DNA from: an uncultured Nitrospinaceae bacterium
GTDB taxonomy: Bacteria; UBA8248
Reading direction: 5' to 3'
Assembly: GCA_964005815.1 (NCBI GenBank)
Contig: CAXFSR010000017.1
Span: forward strand, 160,001 to 224,000
DNA: 64,000 nucleotides
Shown: positions 40,803-49,648 of the stretch, one piece after another
Numbering within the stretch: the first letter of the stretch is position 1
How the letters are laid out: each line of letters opens with the position of its first letter
Notes under the pieces: generated by a model
Seen by the model: only the letters and a program-made list of their open reading frames with translations
What the model was told of the DNA's origin: nothing
The model's database searches: none
Position numbers and translations under genes: made by a program

Positions 40803-41444
40803 ATTTGGCCTAGACGTTCTAAAAACCTAGAGGAACTAAATCAGCAGTCTAAATTAAGAGAAGAATTATATAGAGTCATGTCTATAACTTTTCTAGATCC
40901 TCCGGAAAAAAAGTTATTACACTTCTTGAATGAAAATTATCCATTCCTTTTTGAAGAAAATGGAAATCCTTTAGGTGACTTAGTTAAAGATCTAAGAGTA
41001 GATTTCACGAATCTATTTGTCTTGTCCTCTCCACCATATGAATCTGTTTTATTGGATGAAAGTGGTTTTTTGAATTCAAAAGTGACTGACAACGTGAATG
41101 ATTTTTTTAGACATTCTGGATTTAACCCTAGTTCAAAAAATATAGGACAGAAATTTCATAGTATACTATCAATGGACCATATTAGCGTAGAATTAGAATT
41201 TATGTCTCACCTCGCAAAAAATCAACATAAAGACCTCATCAATAAAAATGAACAAGAATATTACAAATCATTAGATTTATCGTCAAAATTTCTAGATAAT
41301 CACTTATTAAGATGGGTCCCTATTTATTTAACAGCTATAGAAAGGGATTCTAAAACTTTTTTTTACAAAGAATTGTGCAAGTGGGCTCAAAACTACATTT
41401 TAGATGACAGAAAATATATCGAAGAAATAACTAAAAGAAATTAA
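40803..41444 (+). CDS. TorD/DmsD-family molybdoenzyme chaperone (start uncertain: ATT 40803 vs ATG 40878)
   Basis: PPYESV, DHISVELEFM, FLDNHLLRW, FYKEL; the frame is open upstream and includes the REELYRVMSITFLDPP helix. Confidence 0.88.
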   Translation: MWPRRSKNLEELNQQSKLREELYRVMSITFLDPPEKKLLHFLNENYPFLFEENGNPLGDLVKDLRVDFTNLFVLSSPPYESVLLDESGFLNSKVTDNVNDFFRHSGFNPSSKNIGQKFHSILSMDHISVELEFMSHLAKNQHKDLINKNEQEYYKSLDLSSKFLDNHLLRWVPIYLTAIERDSKTFFYKELCKWAQNYILDDRKYIEEITKRN

Positions 41445-41469
41445 GATCTATACCCCTATATATAATTTT

Positions 41470-41844
41470 TTATTGTTCCTGAGACCACTTCTGTGACTTA
41501 GTAAGATAACTTCTCAACTCATGCAGATCTTTAGTCCATTTTTCCCAACTTCCTTTTGAAACCTTACAATTTTTAGAGAAAAAACCGTATTTTTCTAACC
41601 AGAATTTTGCGTCTGAATCTAGAATTTTCAATAATTCGAAAATTTTATTTTCTGAACCAGCCTCTCTAAAAAGATTTTCAAGCATTCTTTTTCGTGTCTG
41701 AATTCCCGTTCTTAAGCCCATCTCTAAACCAATCTCTCTAATCCTATTTCTTGTCAAGAAAAAACCACATCTAGTTGGCGCTATCAACAATTCAACAAGG
41801 TCATGCAGATTTCCTTTAGTAAAAGTTTCTGAGATATCTGACAA
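41470..41844 (-). CDS. Hypothetical protein, candidate molybdoenzyme accessory domain
   Basis: TTG at 41844 with AAGGGAG RBS (track start 41922); LHDLVELLIAPTRCGFFLTR…RKRMLENLFREA. Confidence 0.7.
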   Translation of the reverse strand: MSDISETFTKGNLHDLVELLIAPTRCGFFLTRNRIREIGLEMGLRTGIQTRKRMLENLFREAGSENKIFELLKILDSDAKFWLEKYGFFSKNCKVSKGSWEKWTKDLHELRSYLTKSQKWSQEQ

Positions 41845-41989
41845 AAAACTCCCTTTCAGAAGATGAAAAGATTTTTCCAAATAGACAAACAAATAAGAAA
41901 ATACCATAGAAACTAAAAGCAAAAAAATCTATTTTCATAAAAAAGAATTTATGGTTGGTTATTCGCATAACACATGTTATTTTTTGTCA

Positions 41990-42748
41990 ATGATAAAAAA
42001 AGAACAAAACCTTGTAATAGTACTTGTAAGACCTAAGGGAGCATCTAACGTTGGGTCAATTGCTCGAGCAATGACACACTTTGGTTTAACAGAGTTACGA
42101 GTAGTCTCTCCAATATGCGATGTTAAAGATATAAAAGCCCATTCTATGGCAATGGCAGGACAAGAGATTCTAAAAAGATCATCTCACTACGCTACCCTCA
42201 AAGATGCAATAATGGATTGTAATCTTACGATAGCAACTTCAAGAAGAATTGGAAGAAAAAGATTGCCTTCCCTCTCACTAAGGGATGATGCACAAAAAAT
42301 ATATAGATCTATTCTACTTAAAAAAGTGGCAATTGTTTTTGGGCAAGAAGACAAAGGTCTTTTTAAAGAAGAAATGGAGTTATGCCAAGAACATTTAGTA
42401 ATACCTGCAAGACCTCAGTCAGAATCTTACAACTTATCACAAGCGGTACTCTTAATACTCTGGGAAATTTTTATGTCTAATCCGAAGGATTTTGAAAAAC
42501 CAGAAAATATAGATAATCAGAGAGAGGTTGAAACCGTTGCTTCAAGAAAAGAGATTGAGGATTTACTAGAACAAATACTTGAAGTATCTATAAAAATTGG
42601 GTTTGTCCCCTATTACGAACCAAAACGAGTAACTAATACATTCAGAAAAATGATTAACCGTGTTGAACCTACAAGTAGAGAAGTGAGAACTATGAGAGGT
42701 ATGATAAAGCAGGTAAATTCTAAATTTTTAGATAAAGAAACTGAATAA
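41990..42748 (+). CDS. trmJ: TrmJ/LasT-family SPOUT RNA methyltransferase
   Basis: VLVRP…NVGSIARAM, ATSRR, VFGQEDKGL, SYNLSQAV; ATG 41990 preferred to 41951. Confidence 0.85.
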   Translation: MIKKEQNLVIVLVRPKGASNVGSIARAMTHFGLTELRVVSPICDVKDIKAHSMAMAGQEILKRSSHYATLKDAIMDCNLTIATSRRIGRKRLPSLSLRDDAQKIYRSILLKKVAIVFGQEDKGLFKEEMELCQEHLVIPARPQSESYNLSQAVLLILWEIFMSNPKDFEKPENIDNQREVETVASRKEIEDLLEQILEVSIKIGFVPYYEPKRVTNTFRKMINRVEPTSREVRTMRGMIKQVNSKFLDKETE

Positions 42749-42767
42749 TGCAAAGAAAAAATCGAAA

Positions 42768-43796
42768 ATGACATTAAACTTAGATAATCTTGACTACAAA
42801 TTACCCGAAAAAAAAATTGCAAAGTACCCGTTAGAAAATAGGGAAGATGCCAAACTCCTTTGTATTAACAAAAAGAATTCAGAAATTATACACACTAAAA
42901 TAAAAAACTTGCCCGATATATTGAATCAAAATGATCTGATTATTTTCAATAATACAAAAGTTAATAACTGGAGATTTTATGGGAATCTTACGACAGGCGC
43001 AAAAGTAGAAGTTCTACTTTATGAGAGAAAAACAGAAACAACTTTCCTTGCACTCCTATCTGCGAATAGAAAAATAAAAGAAAATGAGAAAATTAAATTT
43101 AAAAAAGGAATTTCGGCAACTGTAGAGTTTAGAGGGAAAGAAAGGCTTCTGGAATTTACCAAAATTAAGAACTTTGAAAATTGGCTATCAAAAGAAGGTG
43201 ATGTGCCAATACCCCCCTATCTTCGCAGAAAATCAGAATCGATTGACTACGAAAGATACCAGACAATCTTTTCTAAAAACCCTGGTTCGATTGCAGCTCC
43301 CACAGCAGGATTCCATTTTTCTGAAAAACTTATGGAAAACATTACCAAAAAGAAAATAGAAATTGCAGAGATTACTTTAGATATTGGTATTGGTACTTTC
43401 TCCCCAATAAGGGAAAAGAACTTCAAACAGCACAAAATGCATGAAGAAAAATATGAAATACCACAAGACGTTGTAAACAAAATAGAACAAACAAATTCAA
43501 GATGTGGCCGAGTAATTGCAATTGGTACTACTGTTACAAGAGCATTGGAATCCTCTTATTTAAAAAACAAAAACATTATAAATTCAGGAAAAGGAACTAG
43601 TGATTTATTTATTACCCCAGGATATAAATTTCAAGTAATTAATGGATTATTAACCAATTTTCATTTGCCAAAATCTACTTTGTTATCATTAGTAATTGCT
43701 TTTGGAGGCAAGAATGCAATAGAAAAAGCTTACACTAGTGCGCTTAGTGATGATTACAGGTTTTATAGTTATGGGGATGCAATGCTAATTACTTAA
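42768..43796 (+). CDS. queA: S-adenosylmethionine:tRNA ribosyltransferase-isomerase
   Basis: DYKLP, FNNTKV, PIPPYL, YQTIF, AAPTAGFHF, IGTT, TNFHLPKSTL, YRFYSYGDAM. Confidence 0.96.
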   Translation: MTLNLDNLDYKLPEKKIAKYPLENREDAKLLCINKKNSEIIHTKIKNLPDILNQNDLIIFNNTKVNNWRFYGNLTTGAKVEVLLYERKTETTFLALLSANRKIKENEKIKFKKGISATVEFRGKERLLEFTKIKNFENWLSKEGDVPIPPYLRRKSESIDYERYQTIFSKNPGSIAAPTAGFHFSEKLMENITKKKIEIAEITLDIGIGTFSPIREKNFKQHKMHEEKYEIPQDVVNKIEQTNSRCGRVIAIGTTVTRALESSYLKNKNIINSGKGTSDLFITPGYKFQVINGLLTNFHLPKSTLLSLVIAFGGKNAIEKAYTSALSDDYRFYSYGDAMLIT

Positions 43797-43798
43797 GA

Positions 43799-44107
43799 TC
43801 AATAAAAACGTGAAGAGGATTTAATTTTTGATTTATCATTCAGTACTAATTTAAAATATTTTCCTGGTTTAAATCTCACTACCTTTCTCGCACTTATCTC
43901 CGCCTCCTCTCCAGTTTTAGGATTTCTTCCTATTCGTGCACTTTTCTTTTTTACATCGAAAGAACCAAATCTTCTTAGAACTACAGGATCTCCTTTGGAC
44001 AAACTACTTTTGATAGCATTAAAAATGGTCTCTACTGCTTCTTCAGATTTAACTTTGCTCAATCCCGTATCACCAGCGACAAGATTAACGATATCCACTT
44101 TAGTCAA
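43799..44107 (-). CDS. HU/IHF-family nucleoid protein
   Basis: MTKVDI, FGSF, ARIGRNPKTGE, VRFKPG. Confidence 0.93.
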   Translation of the reverse strand: MTKVDIVNLVAGDTGLSKVKSEEAVETIFNAIKSSLSKGDPVVLRRFGSFDVKKKSARIGRNPKTGEEAEISARKVVRFKPGKYFKLVLNDKSKIKSSSRFY

Positions 44108-44228
44108 AGTCAGGCCCTAAAAATAAAAAGAAATAAATATTAATTAAGTAAAATTTATATTAACATTGTGTTATTCAAGGGGCAAGAAAAACAAGCATCT
44201 TTAAATATTAGAATGAAAGATTGTAAAT

Positions 44229-45356
44229 ATGTTCTCCTCTAAAATTGAAGAAATTCAACCGTTCTTAGTTATGGATATTTTAAGAAAAGCGAACGATCTT
44301 GAGAGAGACGGAAAAAAAATTGTACACTTAGAACTAGGAGAACCCGATTTTCCCACGCCTAAAGTAATAGTCGAATCCGCAAAAAAAGCTCTTAAAGATG
44401 GAAATACTCATTACACAAACTCTTTAGGGATTCTAGAATTAAGAAAATCAATTTCAGATTATTACAACGAAACATATAATTTAAATATTTCATCTAATAG
44501 AGTGATTGTCACAAACGGCACTAGTCCAGCGATGTTGATTCTGTTCAAATTACTACTTGAAATTGATGACGAAGTAATAATTTCTGACCCCCACTACGCA
44601 TGCTATCCTTCCTTTATAACTTGTACGGGTGCTAAACCTGTATTAGTACCATTCAAAAACTTTTCTTCAGAAGTCACAAACTATATCACTGACAAAACAA
44701 AAATCATTTTAATCAACTCTCCTTCCAATCCCACTGGCACGAGACTTAGAAAGGAGGAAATAGAAAAATTATCAGCCTTACATCCAGTAATCGTTTCAGA
44801 TGAGATTTATCATGGAATTAGCACGGGAATTAGAGACCATTCTGCATTAGAATTCTCAGATAATTCAGTTGTGATAAACGGCTTTTCAAAATTTTTTGCT
44901 ATGACTGGATGGAGATTAGGATACATGATTGTACCAGAATGTTTCGTGAGAAAATTAGAGATACTACAACAGAATTTCTTTATTTCAGCTAATCCATTTG
45001 TCCAAATAGCAGGAATTACCGCACTCAAAGAAGCAATACCGGAAGCGAAACTCATGAATCAAATCTACACCAAAAGGAGAAAGTTAGCTTTAGAAGGTTT
45101 AGAATCAATTAATCTGGAAACAAGACCGCATCCTGATGGTGCTTTTTATGCACTATTTAACGTAAGTAATTTTGAAAAAGATAGTATGAAACTTGCAAGC
45201 GAAATACTGACCTCTGCTGGAGTAGCGCTAGCCCCAGGAAAGGATTTTGGACCAAGAGGGGAAGGACACCTCAGGCTCTCGTATTGTAATTCAGAAGAAA
45301 ATATAGAAAAAGGAATCAATCTAATAGGGAAATTTTTAAAAGAAAAATATCTCTAA
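44229..45356 (+). CDS. Class I/II PLP-dependent aminotransferase
   Basis: LGEPDFPTP, NSPSNPTG, SDEIYHG, GFSKFFAMTGWRLG. Confidence 0.93.
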   Translation: MFSSKIEEIQPFLVMDILRKANDLERDGKKIVHLELGEPDFPTPKVIVESAKKALKDGNTHYTNSLGILELRKSISDYYNETYNLNISSNRVIVTNGTSPAMLILFKLLLEIDDEVIISDPHYACYPSFITCTGAKPVLVPFKNFSSEVTNYITDKTKIILINSPSNPTGTRLRKEEIEKLSALHPVIVSDEIYHGISTGIRDHSALEFSDNSVVINGFSKFFAMTGWRLGYMIVPECFVRKLEILQQNFFISANPFVQIAGITALKEAIPEAKLMNQIYTKRRKLALEGLESINLETRPHPDGAFYALFNVSNFEKDSMKLASEILTSAGVALAPGKDFGPRGEGHLRLSYCNSEENIEKGINLIGKFLKEKYL

Positions 45357-45622
45357 TCTTCTGTATTTAACTCTATAGAATTTTCATCTAAAAGTACTTC
45401 TTCAGAATCATTTCTAGTGTCAGTCCACTCAAGTTTTCCTTCAATAATTTCTCGAAAAACTACTTCTTCCTTAGTATCAGTTTTCTTAGTTTCTACTAGA
45501 GGTTCTGCTCCATTCCTTAATTGATTAACTCTCTTTGCGAGTAAAATAGACATCAAGAATCTATTCTGTACTTGGTCGGTTGCAAGTTCGAAAAGCTCAT
45601 CATAACTAGCTTGCTCTAACAT
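45353..45622 (-). CDS. rpoZ: RNA polymerase omega subunit
   Basis: NRFLMSILLAKRVNQL…GAEPLV…EIIEGKL; ATG at 45622 with GGAGG RBS. Confidence 0.85.
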   Translation of the reverse strand: MLEQASYDELFELATDQVQNRFLMSILLAKRVNQLRNGAEPLVETKKTDTKEEVVFREIIEGKLEWTDTRNDSEEVLLDENSIELNTED

Positions 45623-45663
45623 AAATGCCTCCAAAACACTAAATATAAAATTTTAAAATTTAC

Positions 45664-46188
45664 TTATCCGATACCAACATGCTGCACATAGGCAACTTGC
45701 ATATTTGATCGTACTTGCTTAAGTATATCAGCTTCTTCTTCAGTCAAATTTCCTTTCATTTTCTCTTCTAACATACCAAAGAGATCAACAAATAATTTAG
45801 CAGCTCTAGGATCAGCCGACCCTACCTTTTCACCTGTTTGAGGATGAAGTCCCATTGCACCCAAAGCATTCGCTTGAAGAATAGCGATCATCATTTCGAA
45901 ATGTTTTTCATCTTCCTCTTCTTCCTTTTCTTCCTTAGATTCTTCCGATTGAATATCTGAGGATTCATCCGGAGACTGCTTAACTTCTTCTGGAATTTCT
46001 TGATTTAACTCGGATACATTTTCTGTTTGCCCTGAGGGTTCCGAATTATCAGAAGAAATAATAGGATTACTATCTGATTTTTCTTCAACTTCTTCAGCAT
46101 CATAACCAGTTACAGAATAGCGTCTATCTGAAACCTTGAAACTTTGAGGTTCTTCATTCTCTGAGATGTTTTTTTCTTCTTCAGACAT
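45664..46188 (-). CDS. DUF1844-domain protein
   Basis: Acidic N-terminus, then ALGAMG.HP.TG, AKLFVDLFGMLEEKMKGNLTEEE. Confidence 0.85.
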   Translation of the reverse strand: MSEEEKNISENEEPQSFKVSDRRYSVTGYDAEEVEEKSDSNPIISSDNSEPSGQTENVSELNQEIPEEVKQSPDESSDIQSEESKEEKEEEEDEKHFEMMIAILQANALGAMGLHPQTGEKVGSADPRAAKLFVDLFGMLEEKMKGNLTEEEADILKQVRSNMQVAYVQHVGIG

Positions 46189-46230
46189 TTTTCCCTCTTT
46201 TGTAAAATAAAAAATACAAGAAGAACATAT

Positions 46231-47382
46231 TTATCTATAGAAAGGCAACCTTGGAAACTCAAAAAACTTTTTTATCTTATCAAATATGTGAATGCAGTTC
46301 AGAAAAGATTTAGTCGTCGGAGTTCCTTGCTTTTCAAATTTGGCTAATTCTTGGAATAGCTTCTTTTCTTTAGAACTTAACTTCCTTGGAGTAAGTATAG
46401 AAAAGACGACTATATGATCACCCTTAGAATTGCTTGTCAAAGATGGAAATCCTTGTTTTTTAATAACCGCGCTTTCTCCTGACTGAACTCCCTGTGGTAC
46501 TGTAATTTCACTTTCCCCATACAAAGTTTGTACAAGAATCTTTCCACCAAGCGCAGCCTGAGAAAAAGTCACATCTTCTCTGCTAAAAACATTATTTCCT
46601 TCTCTTTCTAATCTATCATGTTTTAATAGATTGACTATTACATGCAAATCTCCAGAAGGCCCTCCATTAATTCCACCTTCTCCCTTTTCACGTAATCTCA
46701 AACGTGATTCATGGTCAGCTCCTGGTGGAATTTTAACTTTCACAGAACATTCTTCTTGACGTTTTCCAGAACCCCTACATTCATCACAATGCTCTATAAT
46801 CTTATTTCCAGAACCGTCACATTCGGAACACTGAGAGCTAAAAGTTACGAACCCCTGCCTATATGCTACTTGACCACTTCCACCACAGGTTTCACAATTT
46901 AAAATAGATTCTGAATTTTTAGCTCCTGTACCACCGCAATATACACACTCTATTTCTCTTTCAAATTCGACATCATGTTCTGAACCCATAGCAGCTTCTT
47001 CGAATGTAAGATCTAACTGATATGCAAGATCTCTTCCTTTTACTCTTCCATCTCCTCTAGAACTTCGTCCAAATGCTCCGCCAAAAATGTCAGAAAAAAC
47101 ATCTCCAAAAGATGAGAAAATATCATCTACACTTGAGAAACCAGAAGAAAATCCACCAGAAAGTCCATCATGACCATATTGATCATAAATACCTCTTTTT
47201 TGAGTATCACTTAAAACTTGATAGGCTTCGGAAGCTTCTTTAAAAAGTTCTTCAGCTTTTGAATCTCCTGGATTTCTGTCTGGATGATACTGCATTGCTG
47301 TTGAGCGGTAAGCTTTTTTTATTTCCGACTCTGTTGCATTCCTGCTAATATTTAAAATTTCGTAATAATCCCTTTTTGACAC
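46231..47382 (-). CDS. dnaJ: Chaperone DnaJ (class A)
   Basis: J-domain with HPD, G/F region, four CxxCxGxG repeats; GTG start. Confidence 0.96.
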   Translation of the reverse strand: MSKRDYYEILNISRNATESEIKKAYRSTAMQYHPDRNPGDSKAEELFKEASEAYQVLSDTQKRGIYDQYGHDGLSGGFSSGFSSVDDIFSSFGDVFSDIFGGAFGRSSRGDGRVKGRDLAYQLDLTFEEAAMGSEHDVEFEREIECVYCGGTGAKNSESILNCETCGGSGQVAYRQGFVTFSSQCSECDGSGNKIIEHCDECRGSGKRQEECSVKVKIPPGADHESRLRLREKGEGGINGGPSGDLHVIVNLLKHDRLEREGNNVFSREDVTFSQAALGGKILVQTLYGESEITVPQGVQSGESAVIKKQGFPSLTSNSKGDHIVVFSILTPRKLSSKEKKLFQELAKFEKQGTPTTKSFLNCIHIFDKIKKFFEFPRLPFYR

Positions 47383-47412
47383 TTTATATGTTCTCCCGAG
47401 TCAACCATACGT

Positions 47413-48159
47413 TTAAGTAGGTTGCTCATCTTTTTTTGATTCGATATATCTTCCGACTGCAACACGACTAGGACGGAGAATCTCATCGTTTAAAAAATAC
47501 CCTACTGAAAGTTCTTCTAAAATTTTTCCATCTAATTCTTTATCTGTTACATCGTCAGAACGTATCGCTTCATGTCTAACAGGATCGAAAATTTCCCCAA
47601 CAGATTGAATTGGTTTTACCCCTTGTGAGGATAATTCTTGAAAGAATCTACTCTCCACCATTCGAAATCCTTCAATAAGGGATTGTATACCTTCAACTTT
47701 TGTGTTGGGTTCATTTTTCCAACCATCCTGTACTGCATGATTAGCCCTAGATAAATCATCTCCAACACTCAACAAACTAGTAAACAGTTCTTTTTTTACT
47801 TGTTGAATTCTTCTTTCTAAATCCTTTTCTTGACGTTTTCTAAACTCCTTAGACTCTTTATTAACTCTTGCAATATGTTCTTGAAGTTTTTCTTCTGCTA
47901 TCAAAACTTTTTTCTCTAAAAGTTCAACATAACTTGGCACCAAAGATGGTGACTCATCTTTATTTTTTTCTTCTGTTGAATCTTCTTCTGTAGGATCTTC
48001 TTCTGATTTAAAACGTCTACGATCATTTACACGGGCTTTTTCCTCTTCGTTCTCAATTTCTTTTGAATTCTCATCCTCTTTGGTATCAGAAGAAAAAATA
48101 TTTTCTCCTAATGAGGATTTCTCATCATCGTTAGAATCAACCTTCTCTACCTGCATCAA
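47413..48159 (-). CDS. grpE: Nucleotide exchange factor GrpE
   Basis: Coiled coil, DDLSRA, FDPVRHEAI, GYFLNDEILRPSRVAV; GGAGG RBS. Confidence 0.94.
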   Translation of the reverse strand: MMQVEKVDSNDDEKSSLGENIFSSDTKEDENSKEIENEEEKARVNDRRRFKSEEDPTEEDSTEEKNKDESPSLVPSYVELLEKKVLIAEEKLQEHIARVNKESKEFRKRQEKDLERRIQQVKKELFTSLLSVGDDLSRANHAVQDGWKNEPNTKVEGIQSLIEGFRMVESRFFQELSSQGVKPIQSVGEIFDPVRHEAIRSDDVTDKELDGKILEELSVGYFLNDEILRPSRVAVGRYIESKKDEQPT

Positions 48160-48247
48160 AAAACCTCCAAAAGTTAAAAACTTTACAACCTAAAAAACCT
48201 TTACGAATTTCACTGACTTAAAACAAAAGAACAATACTATGTTCTAA

Positions 48248-48652
48248 TTATTTCTCTCTTTTGAGTTTCATAAGCTTCGCTCCTATAGATGGTATAAGAG
48301 CATTCATGTCAGGAGTTGCATTTTCAATTTTTTGACGAAATTCCTCAAATGCATCACTACTTAAAACCTCTTCCATCTGCTCAAGTCTTTCTATTGCCAA
48401 ATGTAGTTTTTGACGTAATTCTATAATTACTTCAACTCCAGCCAAATTAATTCCCATATCTCTAGTAAGTGTTAGAATAATTTCTAACTTTTCTAAATCT
48501 TTCTCTTCATAAAGACGAGTTCTACCCTCACTTCGCATAGGTTCAATTAATCCCTCTCTTTCATACATTCTCAAGGTCTGGGGATGTATTTCGAACATTT
48601 CAGCAACAGTACTTATAGTATATTTTACTTGTTTCCTGCTCCTACGTACCAA
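48248..48652 (-). CDS. hspR: MerR-family heat-shock repressor HspR
   Basis: YTISTVAEMFEIHPQTLRMYEREGL, RLY, GINLAGVEVI; directly after cbpA in the dnaK cluster. Confidence 0.9.
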   Translation of the reverse strand: MVRRSRKQVKYTISTVAEMFEIHPQTLRMYEREGLIEPMRSEGRTRLYEEKDLEKLEIILTLTRDMGINLAGVEVIIELRQKLHLAIERLEQMEEVLSSDAFEEFRQKIENATPDMNALIPSIGAKLMKLKREK

Positions 48653-48665
48653 GACCTTATCCTCA

Positions 48666-49613
48666 TTAAGTTCGTGAAATATTCATGCCTTCTCTAGGAT
48701 CAATTGGATTCAATCTTTCAAATTCTCGAATTAAATCTTTACTTTTTTCGTCAATTCTTTCAGGAAGTTTTAAACTTACAGCTACAAAAAGATCTCCCTT
48801 ACCAGTTCCCTTCATTTGAGGTGCGCCTTTTCCATTTAGTCGCAACCTTTGTCCATTTTGAGTCCCAGGAGGAATTGTAACTTTCGTTACTCCTTCGAAA
48901 GTTTCTAATTCTACACGAGTACCTAAAGAAAGCTCACCTAGAGTCAGGGGAAGATCAATATATAAATTATCTCCTTTTCTTTCAATGTAAGGATGAGTAC
49001 TTACCTTTGTTAAAATATACAGGTCACCATTTTTCCCTCCTGTCTGAGAAGTTTCCCCTTTACCTGTTAACCTAATTCGAGAACCATTTGAAACACCAGC
49101 AGGTATTTTCACTTTAATTCTTTCTGTTGCCCTTCTGAGGACACCATTGTTAATAATATTTTTAGGAACTGTCACAACAGTTTCCAGACCACGTAAGGCA
49201 TCATCAAAACCAATCTCTATAGAATAATTTACATCTTCTCCCTTTGTGTTTACTGGAGAACCCCAGTTTGAGGAACGATAGGAAGTTCTTCCACGTTGTC
49301 CTCCAAAAAAACTACCAAAGATATCTCCTATACCTATGTCTTTTAAGATATCTTCCATATTTATTCCGCCTTCCCATGGATTACCTCCTGAAAATGCAGC
49401 GTGGCCCATCGTGTCATATTTACGTCTTTTTTCAACATCAGAGAGGACTGCGTAAGCTTCACTTATTTCCTTGAAACGCTCTTCTGCAGATTTGTTCCCG
49501 GGATTTACATCAGGATGATATTTTCTGGCAAGTTTTTTAAATGCTCTCTTCAATTGTTCAGAAGAAACATCTCTATTTACTCCTAACAGCTCATAATAAT
49601 CCCGTTTCGACAT
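48666..49613 (-). CDS. cbpA: Class B J-domain co-chaperone (CbpA/DnaJ2), no zinc finger
   Basis: HPD J-domain, C-terminal domains, no CxxCxGxG. Confidence 0.85.
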   Translation of the reverse strand: MSKRDYYELLGVNRDVSSEQLKRAFKKLARKYHPDVNPGNKSAEERFKEISEAYAVLSDVEKRRKYDTMGHAAFSGGNPWEGGINMEDILKDIGIGDIFGSFFGGQRGRTSYRSSNWGSPVNTKGEDVNYSIEIGFDDALRGLETVVTVPKNIINNGVLRRATERIKVKIPAGVSNGSRIRLTGKGETSQTGGKNGDLYILTKVSTHPYIERKGDNLYIDLPLTLGELSLGTRVELETFEGVTKVTIPPGTQNGQRLRLNGKGAPQMKGTGKGDLFVAVSLKLPERIDEKSKDLIREFERLNPIDPREGMNISRT

Positions 49614-49648
49614 ACGAATTCCCTGAAAGATAAAAAATTAGAATAAAA

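Noticed and set aside
48160..48247. CIRCE element or strong terminator between hspR and grpE
   Set aside because: No TTAGCACTC-N9-GAGTGCTAA; only a weak 6-bp stem (48228-48245), insufficient to call
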